A stretch of DNA of 61,258 nt, counting the filler, from Corallochytrium limacisporum Hawaii (Eukaryota; Protista; Pluriformea), in assembly GCA_002811645.1 (NCBI GenBank). It is 3 parts of 3 records of this genome, joined end to end, with 100 filler letters (N's around TTAATTAATTAA, not from the genome) between each part and the next. Parts side by side here need not be neighbours in the genome. Positions count along the whole stretch, not along the records: positions 1 to 16,705 come from PDIP01000272.1; 2 more parts are not named here. The stretch is one strand, 5' to 3'. The number at the start of each line of letters is the position of its first letter. The stretch's first letter is position 1. The notes under the pieces were generated by a model. That model was not told the DNA's origin, did not search any database, and saw only the letters and a program-made list of their open reading frames with translations. The position numbers and the translations under genes were made by a program. Shown here one piece after another: positions 1-13,472 of this stretch.

Positions 1-3000
1 GGATAGAGTCGGCTACGCTGAGTTTGAACGCGCAAAAAATTTCCCGCCACTGCGGTCTGGATTCGAATGAAATCAATGTTAGTAGATTCGGCCTAATATT
101 ATGAGACAGAGGGTGGTATTCGTTATTATCATGCCGTCATTTTATGCATGATCAAAGTGCCTCGAAGTTCTTTGACTATGTGTTTACTGCATGCCATGTT
201 CCGTGGGCGGACGATCCCACTATCAAAGCGCACAGGCCGGTTCCTCAGAGATACTCCCAATCAGTCTGTTGGCATGCAGAGGAGCCATGACTTAAGGACT
301 ATAGACTTGGATGAAGTTGGGCTGCCGGATATGTTAAGACTAAACACCCGTCTCAAACACACACTTTTAGAAAAATTCAGCCTCACACAGCAACAGAGAG
401 TGGGCGAGCATGTCTGAGAACGATGAGAGGACTTCAGAAGATGTTAAGGAACATTGTCACACATTGACTGAAACAAGGAAGGTATGGTGAATCGAGGATG
501 TCTATAGCTTGTCTTCAAACACTCTCCTGACGGGAAGAGGGGAAGTCCATGTTTGTCACGGACGTTCCCTTGATTGATCCATGTACTGCGGTACCTCAAA
601 AGCGAAACGGTATTGTGTCGCGGAGCCCTGTTCAGTGGCTTTAGACGAACAAACCGACGAAGAGAACGCGTGCGACTGTGTCCGTTCTGCGTCTTTGTCT
701 TCAGAGACTTTCGTCGCGGAGACCAAATCGAGCAGTGATAGGGGCCCGTTTGAGGCACAGAAGAATCAGCGGGTTGAATGAGAATTTCACCATATTCGAG
801 TTCTTATGGCAAGGGAGGACAATCCGAGGAACCCTACCCTTCGGTAGGTGTCTCCTGAAGTTTGCCCCCGCGCTCCGGTTTTCTTACAAAACAGACGGGT
901 CCAATGACGACATCACAGTGAGAGCAAATAGAACGCGAAGCGCACGGAAGGTGAGTGGCTTGCACGCGGGATAGTCTTCCGTGCGAAGTGTGTGCTTAGT
1001 TGGGGTGACACTCTTTGAGTGATTCAGATTGTTTCCATTTAGTGAGTAGCTGCAGCAACTCGGTGATTGAACTTGTATATTAGGAAGTGTGCGGGTGGAG
1101 GGGCAGGTGTGGTTCGGAACTTTGGTTTCCACATGTCTGCGAGGGCGAGTGACATGAATGAAGTGCACGCATGAAGCTCAAAGATAAAGCAGGGGGTCCT
1201 GCGGCCTGCAGACGCGTCCTCTAGTACGCTGAAATATACGGGAGTATCCGCATCCACGCTGGATGCTGTTGGATGGTGTGGGCTGTGTTTCACCGAGTCG
1301 TGTGTGGGTTGTGGTTGTGCTGCAAGTGTTGCAAATTTTGTTCGCGATTGGAAATGACTGTACTATTGAAGACTAATCCCTGGATTGACACCGCCACATG
1401 CTCACGAATCTGATGCGGCCTACGCAGAGACCCATACCTTCCTTGCCACTTTTGTTCGTGCTCTCTGTCTGTTGCTCGTGTAAACGGATAGAGTACTTCC
1501 TTGTGTCAGTCCTTCCTCCACAATAGGGCATGAGTTACACAGACCGGAGAGGGGTAAAAGTAAGGCAATCAGAGGGTAATATATAATGTATTGGGACATG
1601 TTTGCAATTCAGGCGACTAGCGTCTGATGCCAGGGTAATACGCTGCCCTCGACAACGAGTGACCGGCACCCTCGGGACTCTGTGCTGGCGCAGTTGTTTC
1701 ACCTCGCAGTAGCTTTTGTCTTTTTTGGGTCGTAAGTTGAGGGCAGCCTTTGCTACAATCGATAGCGTAATGTTGACAGCAAAGCCAGAAGTTTCGAACG
1801 CCAGCGCACCAAGTTCAAAGCGAAGAGTTTTGGGGACATACAGTCAGGAGCGACGGATTTGGCCCAGTTGAGCGAAAACGCTCACGAAACTTACCGTTCC
1901 CTGACATCGACATTGGGGGACCAAACGGACCAGCACCTGTGTGTTCTCTTCCCTATTTTGCCGGCGTTGGTTGGTATCAGCTCATAAACGGCCTGCGTCT
2001 GGAGACGAAGAAACAGACATAGTTCCACAAAGAAGGTGAGCTTGCTTTCCAGAAAGCGGAGCGTAAGCAAGGTTGGCCCGTATAAACAGAGTGCTATCTT
2101 TTTCTTAACATCATCGAGGCCGTCGGAATTGCCTCGCGACCAGCACAAATGGTACCAAGCAAATCGAAACACGTTCCGTCGAATAAGCGCTGTGTCAACA
2201 AGAACCAGCTTCACAGAACCAGTCACTACGCGTGCAGTACAGATGTTCGGACGGAAAAATGTATGCAGTATGAGAGAGCGTGCGCATGGCAAACCGGAGA
2301 CCGGCTTTTCATCAGCTAAGTGATCAACGGGTTCAAGAAAATTTCCTCAGTACGTTAATTTTATAGCGGTATCGGTATGCCCCGGATCAGTGGTTCTGAT
2401 TGATAGTAGTGATACTTTCTCGAGAACGTATCCCAATGGCTTTCAAAATATCTAATTCGATTTCCGGTTTGCCCCAGTTGGCTGTAATAGTAACAGTGTT
2501 CAATTTATCTATCGTCACCACCCAACCCGAAAGCGATCGGTCTACTGTGCTCCGAACCTTTTCTACTCTCCTTGTCAATTTTCACCACCCGGTGTTCCGA
2601 TGTGTTCCCAGGAACTTCACGAGAGCTGTACCGATCGGTAAGCCTTCGCGGTCGTCGTCTCTGCACTCGTTCAGTTGCGCAAGAAGACTTTAGCGGTCGC
2701 TTGCGAACAAACCGAGTAGTGGCATTTTTTGTCTCCCGTGGTCTGTGGTCTGTTCCGTGGGTGTATGTCACCAACGTATTCAGTAGCAGCAATTTCCAGC
2801 GGATCACTTACCAAAACCATCTACAGACGGGACCAAATCGAGCACCCCCAACTTCAATTCTTTCTGCATTCTTATAATATGTTCTTAACGTGTTCAAGGC
2901 CGCTAATGTTTATTTCCACAATCTCTCTTTTCAACACAGGCGGATGGACACTCATTGAACCGTAACCGGAGACGCGGACACACACAAATGAACAGCCATA

Positions 3001-6000
3001 AAGGACACCAGACACCGACACTAACACATACTACCCTCCGGGTGGACCCCGAAAGGGGGGGGGGGGCGGAGTGGACCTAATCCTTCATTGCTGCAACCTC
3101 CCCGGTATTGGGGGAGCGGTGCCCCGCGAGACGGGCCCCCGCGGGGGGGGAGCTAATCTCTGAAATCACTGAGATGGCAGGGGAAACGCTTATAGAAATT
3201 GTTGATAAATTCAATCTCTACTTCTATGAGTTGGTATTCTGACAACCTGTATTCATCGACAATTCTACCCGCCGGCTTCATGCAAAAATTCGAGGCATTA
3301 TCCGCTTTCGGTAGATGCCACGATCAAAGCGGAAAGTGCTACCAATAAAAATACTGCTGCAGAGCAGCCACAGTGTGATATTTTGCGAACGAGAAAAACT
3401 TCGTAAGCAACCAGGCAGATTAGTAGATGTACTGCGGAGAAAGTTTTGATAGCCATTCCTTCTCGGCTCCGCTGTGCGGGAGCGCGGGTGTACCTCATCT
3501 GGCGGGGGCCGAATATTGCCCATGTATTCTCCTGTCCCGCACGCGACTCTGCGAGAAGACGTCTATAGCCGAGCCTTAGCGGGCACCGAGCATGCTTGCA
3601 CCAGCATGTTCGGTCGAGATAGGGTTCTCCATCTGCAGTGACTGACGCTTCTACCACTCGCTACCATCAAATCCGTACAGACATGCATGCCGCAAAACAC
3701 AAAACGGAGGGGGACACAGGGTTCGAATACGTGTTTCCAATAAACACACCAACCAAATGGTGATGAGCACGTTGCTGTATTTCTTGTTATCAGCAATTGT
3801 CCTTCGTTATCAAACCAAAACATCTAATGTGCCTTTGCTTGTTTGGGGAAGAAATCCGTTTGGTCTGGGTCCAGGCCTGGATGTTCGGCACTGTCTTGGT
3901 GCATGGCCACGGTAAGAGGTGATTAAGGCATACGGAAGTGCAGGACTCGGACTCATTTGGTCCTTTTGATATCCAGAAACGGACTTCTTGCGTTTGCCTT
4001 GTCTCGCTATTATCCGCACGCTCACTTACTTGCCATCTTTCGCCACCCTTCATGCCTTCTGTCACGCGCAAAATATGAAACACTAGTTTCGGTTGCAGGG
4101 ATGAGCATTCCCATTAGGTAAGGGCAGAGGAGAACCGAGCTTGGCATGTGTCCTGTATGGACCTTCACATGTTCCGTTCTTTTCTAAGCGACTTCGGTGT
4201 GTATCCGCTACTGAGTAGGCAACTATGTATCCATTTGTCCACAGAAGCTGCACTGCACATGCAAAACTTTCCGCTTGTATTCGAATTGTATGGATTACTT
4301 ATTTCCAAGCGCTCTATGGATGATGACAATGTCAAAGGTCGCGATGGCTACCTGGCAATCACAGTCGGATATGCAAAGGCACACTTGTGACCATCCACCC
4401 ACATAGTCTCTGCCCTTTTTCCATCCATACAAGAGACACGGGTTTCATGTTGACTCTCCTGACCTCAGCGCACCAAAATCGGTGCCCAAGGGCGCAGAGA
4501 AAAAAAGATCCGCGTGACCCTGCCGATCATGGCTGTCACAGCCTTACGAGGCTCGCTAGACTTAAAGTGCAAGAGGTATGGTGTGATACGACTCAACACA
4601 GGTTTATGCATATAGTTCAAATGTGGTGGCCGGCATGTACATCAAGGGAATCAGAACAAAGGACGCTATGTACCAACTGTTAAGCCGGCTCGACGGTAAA
4701 TTGTAGGTGGGTTGTCCATGTTTCGCGTCCCGTGGTGCCAGCTGGAGCGCTAGTGCACTCAGTCAGCGCGCATGGGCGGTTCTGTCACAGTTGTCGTCTC
4801 AAGAGCAAGACACGAAAGAGTGGAATTCAGGGCCTTCAGTTGCGATCTAAACCTGGTTCTCTGCGTGTAGGTAACAAAAAGTGGCAGTGCCTGAGCACGG
4901 CATTACTGCATACGTAGAAAATGTATGAAATACCTGTATGACCAAATTTAACCACCCGCCTTCCCAATTTGGTGCTTGCCCGATGTTGGGAGGGAGGGGT
5001 CTGAACAAAGCAACCTGACAATAGAAGCCACAGAACAAACGCCCTTGAAGACCTTCCGAAAATGTCTGCGGGCAGGTGATCAGCAAAAACATTGATGGAA
5101 CCTGGCTATGAATCAGTCACATCAAAAAAGAGACGTTGGATGTTGATGTTTCAGTCCCTAGTTCTCGATATCCAATTCAACAGAGCATATACTTGATCCA
5201 CTCGGCGGATGCCGATGAGTATCGACCCCGCAGAGTACAGATAGAGAGGATCTTAATGTGAAATGGACAAGCCGATATACACAGTACCCACTCTAGGTGT
5301 AGTTTTTCTTCCATGGCACCACACCACAATTAATGGTCGTGCCCTCATCTAAAAAGATTCTGATTCTGGAGGGCAACCCCCCTCCGGCCCACCGGGAGGG
5401 GGGAGGGGAAGAGTTGGCTTCTGTCTTCTTTCTGATGAAAAAAACTGGTGTAACAATTTCATGTCCACTTAGAATAGGAGATAGAGTGTGCATGAGTGGT
5501 GTAATGAAACTGCAGATCTCCTCCATCTCCTCCTATAGTGAAAAAGCCGCCATCTGTGGCTGTGTCAACGATGTCCAATAGTCGTTGGTGTGGGACGCCT
5601 CGGTATCTGAGGAACCCTGCCTGTGACATGACATTTGGATCAATATATTATAAAGCCCCGTTTTCTTGAACCCAACTGCAATGTGAACACGTCCCCAAAT
5701 GATATGAGTACACGAGTGCTGGGTAGTGGTGAGATGACCCACCGATAGAGTCTGAGCCAAAAGGTATTGCGTTGCACGGGCTTGTTCCTGGAAAGTTTTT
5801 GCTATACGGTTGTCTTTTCCTGGATGTTGAATACTAAGATGTCCTCCTTGTTCCTGCAGTAGAAGCATGCAACTGTGCTGGTTGCATTTGTTCAATGATA
5901 TCCTCAGAACTGTTCAGATTCTCTCAAAGAAAATACGGGACAGGTGAGTGTCGTTCTCCCCAACTGTGGGAATCCCAGAGTAAATTTTAACTTTTGACGC

Positions 6001-7485
6001 ACCACGTCAGTTCCGGCAGGCGTCGGCTCTGTGCTCACATTACCTCCACCACACCAAATTCAGATACGCCCTAGGGAAAGGCACCTGGTTTTTGGTCCGC
6101 TGTGGTTGTCCAAGTGTATATACGAATCGATAGATGGATGGATGGATTGGATAGAGTGCAATTTTTCCCCGGCGGGTGAAACTGGAAGTGAAATCACTAG
6201 GCCAGATTGATACTAGGTCACAAGATTAAGCTGGGGAATGGAACCAGGGGATTGGGAATGCCGAACTCGAGAAAAAAAAACAAGAGTACGAAACAAAGTA
6301 CCTAGTCAAATATCACCGTTTATGGATGCCATAAACTCACTGTGGGAATTGACGGATAGCCCCTTTCAATTTTTTTTCAATGCAGGTCGCTGGTTCACCG
6401 GTTGAGCAAACAACTCTACTCCCACACAAGAGTATATTTTGCAGTGTTATGTGGAGATGGGATGAGAATCTGATGGGACGTACAAAATGGTTGTTGAGTG
6501 AAAGAGGTCATAGGGGTGCAAAGCTGCTGCTCGCGATTTTGCATAGCACAAGTAGGGCCCTTGGTTGAAACATTGCAAGCAATGATACAATGGATTTCAG
6601 TAAGCCTTGGGCATCGACCCGTAGGTGTTGATAATGAAGTCCAATACACCGTTTGCTCATTGGTTTGCACACTGATACATGCCCGTGCCTACCTGTCACA
6701 ATCACAAGTCTTGACGCCACTAGAAAGTTGATGAGAGACGGCTCGATCGGGCACAGCACACGATGCTCTCACTTAAGGAACTCATTCAACCAGTATGCCC
6801 GATCATGGAAAATCCTTAGCGAGGGCAGAACGCGTAGGTGATGACAGAAGGGAAGATTCGAGGGACATATCGCTCGTTCCCGGAAAAAAATCCAATCGAA
6901 TACGTATGCATGCGGACCATGTTCTCATGGCTGCATACGCGATGCAAAGAGGATGAGGCAGCAAATTTGGCGATCCAGCCAGCGGTTCCACAGTACCCTC
7001 CCCTGTACAGGAAATGGGCGTCCGAATTACATGAGTGGAGATGTATTTTATATACGTACTTATTCTAAAATTGAAGTAGAGCATCACTGCTGCAGAGGTT
7101 GTAAATGAAATATTCTAAAATAATCCAAATTTACAAAATCTAAAGGATTTGATTTTTCTGGAAATGTGGTGCAAATTTCTGGGTCACATATATGAAATCA
7201 AAGGTGTAAAGTGGTCGGTCTCAAGTCGATCATGATTTTTCAATGGAAACGCAAGTTTAGTTTGATCTATTCAATTTAAATTTATACTTATGCGAAAAAT
7301 GCGAGTGCTGTGTTTGATGCTCTGCGCGCGGTCATGCCCTTATTAGTCCAACAGTTGATTATCTTGCGGAACATGTACATGTGATAATCGACGAGCATAT
7401 ATAATGAGACGACCGTCCGCATAAAGCAAGTGTGCTTTTGTTTTGATTGGTTTTGATTTATCCCGTAAAGTACTCAAGATCTGAT

Positions 7486-7734
7486 CTACTCATCATTTTC
7501 GAAGTCTGCGGGGTTCTTCTTGTGCATGTTGGCGTATGTTCGGTTTCCATACTCGTAAACACCAACAGTCAGCAGCAAACCGGGAACCCAGTCCAAGAAG
7601 CTGGTGGTGAAACGGCGCCAGACATTGGAGGCACCAGTAGTGAAAGCACCAGCAAAGGCCTTCTGCTGCATGGGTGACAAACCATACTGGACCTGGCGGC
7701 GAGCCTTGGTCAGTTCTCCGAAACCCTTTCCCAT
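7486..7734 (-). CDS. QCR8: Cytochrome bc1 complex subunit 8 (UQCRQ/Qcr8)
   Basis: 82 aa. MGKGFGEL..RQVQYGLSPMQQKAF, one hydrophobic helix and C-terminal KKNPADFEND match the UcrQ/Qcr8 family pattern. Confidence 0.93.
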   Translation of the reverse strand: MGKGFGELTKARRQVQYGLSPMQQKAFAGAFTTGASNVWRRFTTSFLDWVPGLLLTVGVYEYGNRTYANMHKKNPADFENDE

Positions 7735-8458
7735 GGTTATAGATGTATGTGTTCACTACAATAACTCCGCCCGAGTTGTTTACAAGCTCAAGCAGAGATT
7801 GTTTTGTATACTAAACATTCGATAGATATGAAATACCAATCAAACGTATTCTTGACATAGTAAAAGAGACATAGAATCAGCAACGTTCACGTAAAGAATG
7901 CAAGATAGCAGTGATGCCTTGAAACTAACCACCGGGACCGACGGACACTTCGGGCTCCCAGAGCTTTTTGTTTGCAGAACCACCCAGCTTCCACATGCAT
8001 GTTTGCTCCAATTCTATGCAGCCCCACTAGTCATTGCCCTCCTGCAACCTCCCGGATTTTCTCCATCGTCATTACCGGACCATTTCCCCCCTAGTTTTTG
8101 TTTGGGTCCGAGGACCGTGGTAGTAAAAGTACTGGAACATGCGGCACCGCATAGTCCGACACGTCCCAAAACCCCACTCCAAACCTGCTGGCTCAGAGCA
8201 GCCTCTCCATCCCCGAGGCGAGGGGAGCCCCACGTTTTTGTTGTTGGGGGTTTGAATCAGCAATATGAATCAATACGATTTTTAGTATTAAATAACTGTG
8301 GATAGAAAATACTGTTGATTCATTTCATTTCCCAGTCTTTTTTTATGATAATAAATGCCATTGCCATAAAGATCATAATCAAATCTATTCTTTTCTGTTC
8401 GGAATCAAGCCTACCATACCCAAAGGAGGGAGCGTCACTCACAGGCTTCCTTTGTCCT

Positions 8459-10915
8459 CTAGATTTGGGGTAGTTTCTCCGGCACTACCTGAGGATTGGT
8501 CTCCCTGAGCTGCATTCGACCGTTGGTCTTGTAATCGTAGGTGCAGCTGTGCTGTTCCGCGTACCGATGCCTACCGCAGAAATTGCCACCACACCGACAG
8601 GAGAATCGTGTGGCCAAGCTGACCTTTTTGTTACAGCACTGGCAGCGGTTGGGATTCTTGGTCGTTTTGCAAGACCCCACTGGTGCTGGCGAGGATGCCA
8701 CCGCTGGGGCCTCTGCTATCGGCTCTGGAACTTCGGGTGCGGGTAAGGCCTTCAAAGGTTCACTGTACTTTAGTACATCCGCGGCTGATGAAATGGGTGG
8801 CAGTGACATCGAAACAAATGATGATCGGAGCGGAGCTCGGAAGGCCCCTGTACCGAAAGTCGGGTGGACCTCTGCTGCCCTATCTGAGAGCGTACTGCAC
8901 CTATGGTCGACAGGCAGGCGAGGGAAAGGTGAGTCCTTGTCGTCTGGGTCCACCTTCTCATTGCTTTCGCTCAAATTGACTATGCTCCCGGAGCTCCCTG
9001 TGAGCATGTCGAGATTCATTTCGGACGTGGGGAAAGGAGAGCAGGGGCGATTCCACTCATTGCCCGAATCCTGAATCGGCGTACAGGCAGTGTCCTCATT
9101 GGCTTCAATGACTGCTGTTCTAGAGGACAGGGGTTCTGGCGATACAGCACCTGCTTGCCCAGAGCGCAGGAGCCGCCGCAGGGGCAGCGGATCCGTAGCA
9201 GATGCACCGACGTCAGACACGGTTGTGGTAAGCTTTGGTGTAGCGACAAGCTGTGTCCCGGCATTGGTGGCTCCGGCCACATCTTCAGCGTCCAGGAACT
9301 CCTCCTGTTCAGAGTAATGGAGAGTTGATGCGTGATCACAACGATGATGGTCATCATGGTGAGCAACACCGGCCCCAAACTCTTGGGGAAAGCTGTACTC
9401 TGCCATCTGGTCCTCCAGATCCTGTTCTAAGAACTGACTGTACGTGTCCATCAGAGAGTTGGTCCTCGTCGCAAGATCCAGAAAGGACGTCGCTGATTGA
9501 GTGATTTCTTCACTGGTCAGTCCATTCTCGCACTGCGACAAAAATTCCCGCGCGCTCTGCAAAGTATGTAGAGCACGGGTGTAGGTCTGGCTGAGGTCTC
9601 GAATCCGATCCAGCGAGCTCATGATGCTCCGACGCATGGCCTGGTACTCTGTACTACTGACAGGACGGGCCTTGGCTGTGCGGTCCGGACGCATCTGCTG
9701 GCCTGACTGGCTACCAATGTTTCCCTCACTATTCAGTCCTTCACCCAGGGATGCGGACAGACTGCGTTGCTGCCTTTCCCGCCGTTGCCTACGCATTTCT
9801 GCGAGTCCGTACTGGCTGAGGCCGTCAGAGCCATCCCCGGGATACAGTGGACCACTGTTCATGTTGGTGTCGCACTCAATGGCTTCGTCCAGACTATACT
9901 TTCTTACTGCTGGTGTTAATGTGTCCCTGACGTAGACACCATAGTGACGATGGTATGAAGACGGACGACTTTTCAAACACTGTGGGCTACGGCTGCCGTG
10001 AACGTGTTGCTCTCCCGCGTCCTGTAACCGCTCGATGGTGACCGGAACAGCCGCCTCACCGGGAGCCATCCTTGATTGCTGCTTTTCGTGCAGTTTTTTC
10101 TTAACTTCAGCCATACGGCTCCGAAGATCCTGATTCTTGCCCAGACGGGTCAGGGCCTTCAAAGTCAATTCATCGAGCTCGTCATCTCTCTCTTCTTCGA
10201 TGGGTACAGCAGTCGCGACCGTATTGTCATCGATCAGCACTGCATGTTCCTCTTCCACAGCCCTTTCTGCGGCGGTCGGGGGCGACCAAGCATACAAACG
10301 CCGAAGACCAGAGGTATATTCCTTAGCCCTGCTCTTGATGTTCGTCCCGCTTCCGACGGCTTCCATGCCACGAGTCCCACCCAGCGATGTTGATGAAGAC
10401 AGCGTTTCCTGGGTGTTTCCTTTGTTTTCTGTAACTTCATGCTCGCTCGTTCCGTTGTCTTCCGACCTTTCCGAGCTTAGTGTCAGGAAACACGTCCGAG
10501 ACCCAGACCGGTTGACCACAACAGCAACTCGCTTCTTGCCTCCAATCTCCTCGCTTTCCATCTGTTCTTCCAGGTCACGATCTGACCTCAGCAGCGCGGA
10601 CAGGTCGTCCTGGAGTTGTTGCTGCTGTAGCAGCAACCGATACTGGGATAGCGATGGAAGCACAACTCGGCGAACATTAATAGGGCCACCACGAACACTT
10701 ACTAGGAGTCTGATACTGGAGCCGTCCTCGATCTTGCACTCTCGCAAAGTTAGTTCATCCTGGTTCAGTTCCTTTTCCCCGTACACCAGCCGCACACAAT
10801 TACTTGCGATCCCACGTTCCATTTCGATCCGCAATTTCAGGTATTCAATGGTGTCATAAGGAGACAACCTCAGCTGGAAGGAATCTCCCGCAATGGTCTG
10901 GAGTGTGATTTCCAT
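8459..10915 (-). CDS. ZFAND4: AN1-type zinc finger and ubiquitin-like domain protein (ZFAND4/ANUBL1-like)
   Basis: N-terminal ubiquitin-like domain (MEITLQTIAG...SIRLLVSVRGGPIN), long disordered linker, C-terminal AN1 finger (RCQCCNKKV..FSCRCGGNFCGRHRYAEQHSCTYDYK...PEKLPQI). Start set at the ATG of MEITLQ (10915); the ORF track starts at a non-ATG codon. Confidence 0.88.
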   Translation of the reverse strand: MEITLQTIAGDSFQLRLSPYDTIEYLKLRIEMERGIASNCVRLVYGEKELNQDELTLRECKIEDGSSIRLLVSVRGGPINVRRVVLPSLSQYRLLLQQQQLQDDLSALLRSDRDLEEQMESEEIGGKKRVAVVVNRSGSRTCFLTLSSERSEDNGTSEHEVTENKGNTQETLSSSTSLGGTRGMEAVGSGTNIKSRAKEYTSGLRRLYAWSPPTAAERAVEEEHAVLIDDNTVATAVPIEEERDDELDELTLKALTRLGKNQDLRSRMAEVKKKLHEKQQSRMAPGEAAVPVTIERLQDAGEQHVHGSRSPQCLKSRPSSYHRHYGVYVRDTLTPAVRKYSLDEAIECDTNMNSGPLYPGDGSDGLSQYGLAEMRRQRRERQQRSLSASLGEGLNSEGNIGSQSGQQMRPDRTAKARPVSSTEYQAMRRSIMSSLDRIRDLSQTYTRALHTLQSAREFLSQCENGLTSEEITQSATSFLDLATRTNSLMDTYSQFLEQDLEDQMAEYSFPQEFGAGVAHHDDHHRCDHASTLHYSEQEEFLDAEDVAGATNAGTQLVATPKLTTTVSDVGASATDPLPLRRLLRSGQAGAVSPEPLSSRTAVIEANEDTACTPIQDSGNEWNRPCSPFPTSEMNLDMLTGSSGSIVNLSESNEKVDPDDKDSPFPRLPVDHRCSTLSDRAAEVHPTFGTGAFRAPLRSSFVSMSLPPISSAADVLKYSEPLKALPAPEVPEPIAEAPAVASSPAPVGSCKTTKNPNRCQCCNKKVSLATRFSCRCGGNFCGRHRYAEQHSCTYDYKTNGRMQLRETNPQVVPEKLPQI

Positions 10916-13440
10916 GGTTAAATTGCACACGCGGGGGATCGGCAAATGGCCTTCCCGGGCTGCCCAAAGATACAAATGTTTAGTGATACGGTTTGAGTGC
11001 GATCTCAACGGACTTGGAGGGTTCCGTTTTTACATCTATTTCATTTTCTTTACAATCGTACCCAGGGCCACTAAACGCCCCTTAAATTTTTTGGAAACTT
11101 CTAGACACGATGTTCGATTTGCTGCTCTGATTGACCGTCTGATCTACCCCGCTTGTTATGCGAACAGGTTCCGTACGGTCTCCACCCCATGAATCTGTAA
11201 GAGTTCATGTTTGATTCATGACATGGGTCTCCGGTTTACGGGCCCGGAAAATCCCACCATCTCCAAATCTCTGCTTTGTACAATGTCTCAGTCCCTTGCT
11301 GCTTTCACATACATCAACGCTGTGCGTGCCGTAAGATACACAGGCCGGGGGAGTGGCTGCACTGCTGTCCTTATTCCGTGGTCAGTCTCGGGCGCCCGGA
11401 CGTGGGTAAGAGAGACTGCGCACGGACTACAGATTAAAGCAAGTCTGTAGTTTTCTGGATATTCTCACTACCAAACCGAGGGCGCGTATAAATGGCGGGA
11501 CCTATCCAAACCTCCCCAACTCGAGCCGCTTACGGAACTAGTGTTCATGCAATAGAAAAAGGGGACGAAGAAGAAATAGAAGTAGAAGTAAAACGGAGAA
11601 ATGGGGTGGGGTGACCCACCAAAAGACCAAAGAAAAACCAATAGAGAAATTGACACTGACCCCCGGACGGAAACTAGGGTGGGTGGGTTTCTCTTTCTTT
11701 CTTTTTTTTTTTTATATCTATTTCTTTCCTTTCATTTCTCCCGGGTGACCACCGATTCGCTTTCTATTACAAGCAAAAAAAACCCTCGCCTCCCCTCCCA
11801 CTCCACTGCCAAAACAGCAAAAAAAAAGAAAAGAAAAGCAATTGTGGTCCCCCCTCCGCTCCGCTCCCCACCTGGGCGCACGCTACCACCCCACTGCAAA
11901 AAACCGATTCGACCGGGAAAAAACTGCGAACGGGCGCCGTCCCTGCCGTTGGTTTCAGCCAGTTATCAGGTCGGATCCAGGTGCGGGTGTCGCGAATGTC
12001 AACCCCCCCTTTTTTTCCCGGCCCCTTTGTTTTTATTGTGTTTTCATTTTGTATACCCCACAGCAAAACTCCCGCTACCCCCCTTCCCCCGGGGGCGGGG
12101 GAGGGGGGGGGGGTCCACACCGTGGAAAGCTCACGGGCAGCTAGCAGGTGCTCTTGGGGAGGGTAGGTAACTGGAGCACCTCGAACTCTTACGATCCAAT
12201 ACCCGGCGTGGTTCCCGATGTAGAGAGCATTGGGAGTTCAGTCAAGTCGGTAGAAAACAGTTGGGACGGCATTTCGGACAAACCATGAGGTGATCGTTTC
12301 AAGGTACTGGGTTGGTCTACGTCAGTGGTGAGAGTCTTGCACACTTCAGGGCTTCCATTGATACGCAATCATCGTGTGCTGAAAGTGAAGTCTGAATCAA
12401 GAAACACCGGGCCGGGATGAGTAGAATCGGAGCTCATGCTTCTTTTTGTCGCCACTGAGCATGAACCAGCGATGTGACATCCTTACTTACTCAATATCTC
12501 CTTCACTGTGGTCCCTTCCGCCCCGGATCATGTCCCCCAGAGCTGCTGCGCTGTGAAGGCGGGACAAGCGGCCCTGCCCTATACTGCAACCATTGTAATG
12601 GAGCGGCCAATGAACAACAACGTCAAAGCCATTCCCGCAATACAGCTACCAAAAGTGCCTGGCGCAGGGGCACCAGTAGAGGACTTCCATGCATCTGAAA
12701 GCACTGTCAACCAACCGTGGGGGACCAGTCACTGCTCCTCCTCGCGATCTGTGGGTCCAGCAGAGAGAAAAGGCGGGGAACGGCCCCCCCCCTCCCGGGG
12801 GGGGGAGGGTGCGCGACCGTACGCTTTCCCAGCGCTTGACAGCGGCATGGGCGGGGGGCAGTTCTCCAACCCTAAACCAGCCCAGTACTAGATTGCAATG
12901 ATGATTCAAAATACCATCGAATCAAACACGTCGCCACTCTTACCTTGATGGATTGTGAAGGACACTACCCACAAAATGTATAGTCACCAGTACTTTCAAA
13001 ATTGAGAAAGTTTGGTGCCATCGTACTGCTGTCATAGGTTTACTATGGCTACCCAGGGATCTTCCGCCACCCCCCCCCAACCCCCCTCCCGGGGTAGGTC
13101 CTGACAATGTCTGAGGGTCAGGAATGGACGAAATTTTTAACACCGCTATCCGCTGGTCGTACATTACTTCACTGACAAGGATGCGTGCATGGTGGGTAGC
13201 GAGACGACCAAAGGCGGCTTGCTGTGGACATATACTTGGAAACAATCGCGCTGTGGCCAAATGATCTCACACAAGGATATTGGGGCTGACCAGAAGCCTA
13301 CAAGGAGTGATCTGTGCAAGGGCGCCTCTCTCCAGCCTTTCTTCGGACGGTAAAAGATCGGGGGCCTAATAGTGCGCAGAGCTATTATGGGAAAGCAATG
13401 ATAAACGGGTACCGTTCTCAGCGGTACAAAAGTGCGCTGT

Positions 13441-13472
13441 GAGTGCGTGTGTGGGTGTGTGTGTGTGTGTGT
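13441..13472. repeat. (GT)n microsatellite
   Basis: Imperfect GT run read directly from the sequence. Confidence 0.85.

Noticed and set aside
6838-7068. FPEKNPIEYV resembling the Tc1/IS630 SPDLNPIE transposase motif
   Set aside because: Single short motif, no other DDE residues or terminal inverted repeats recognised.
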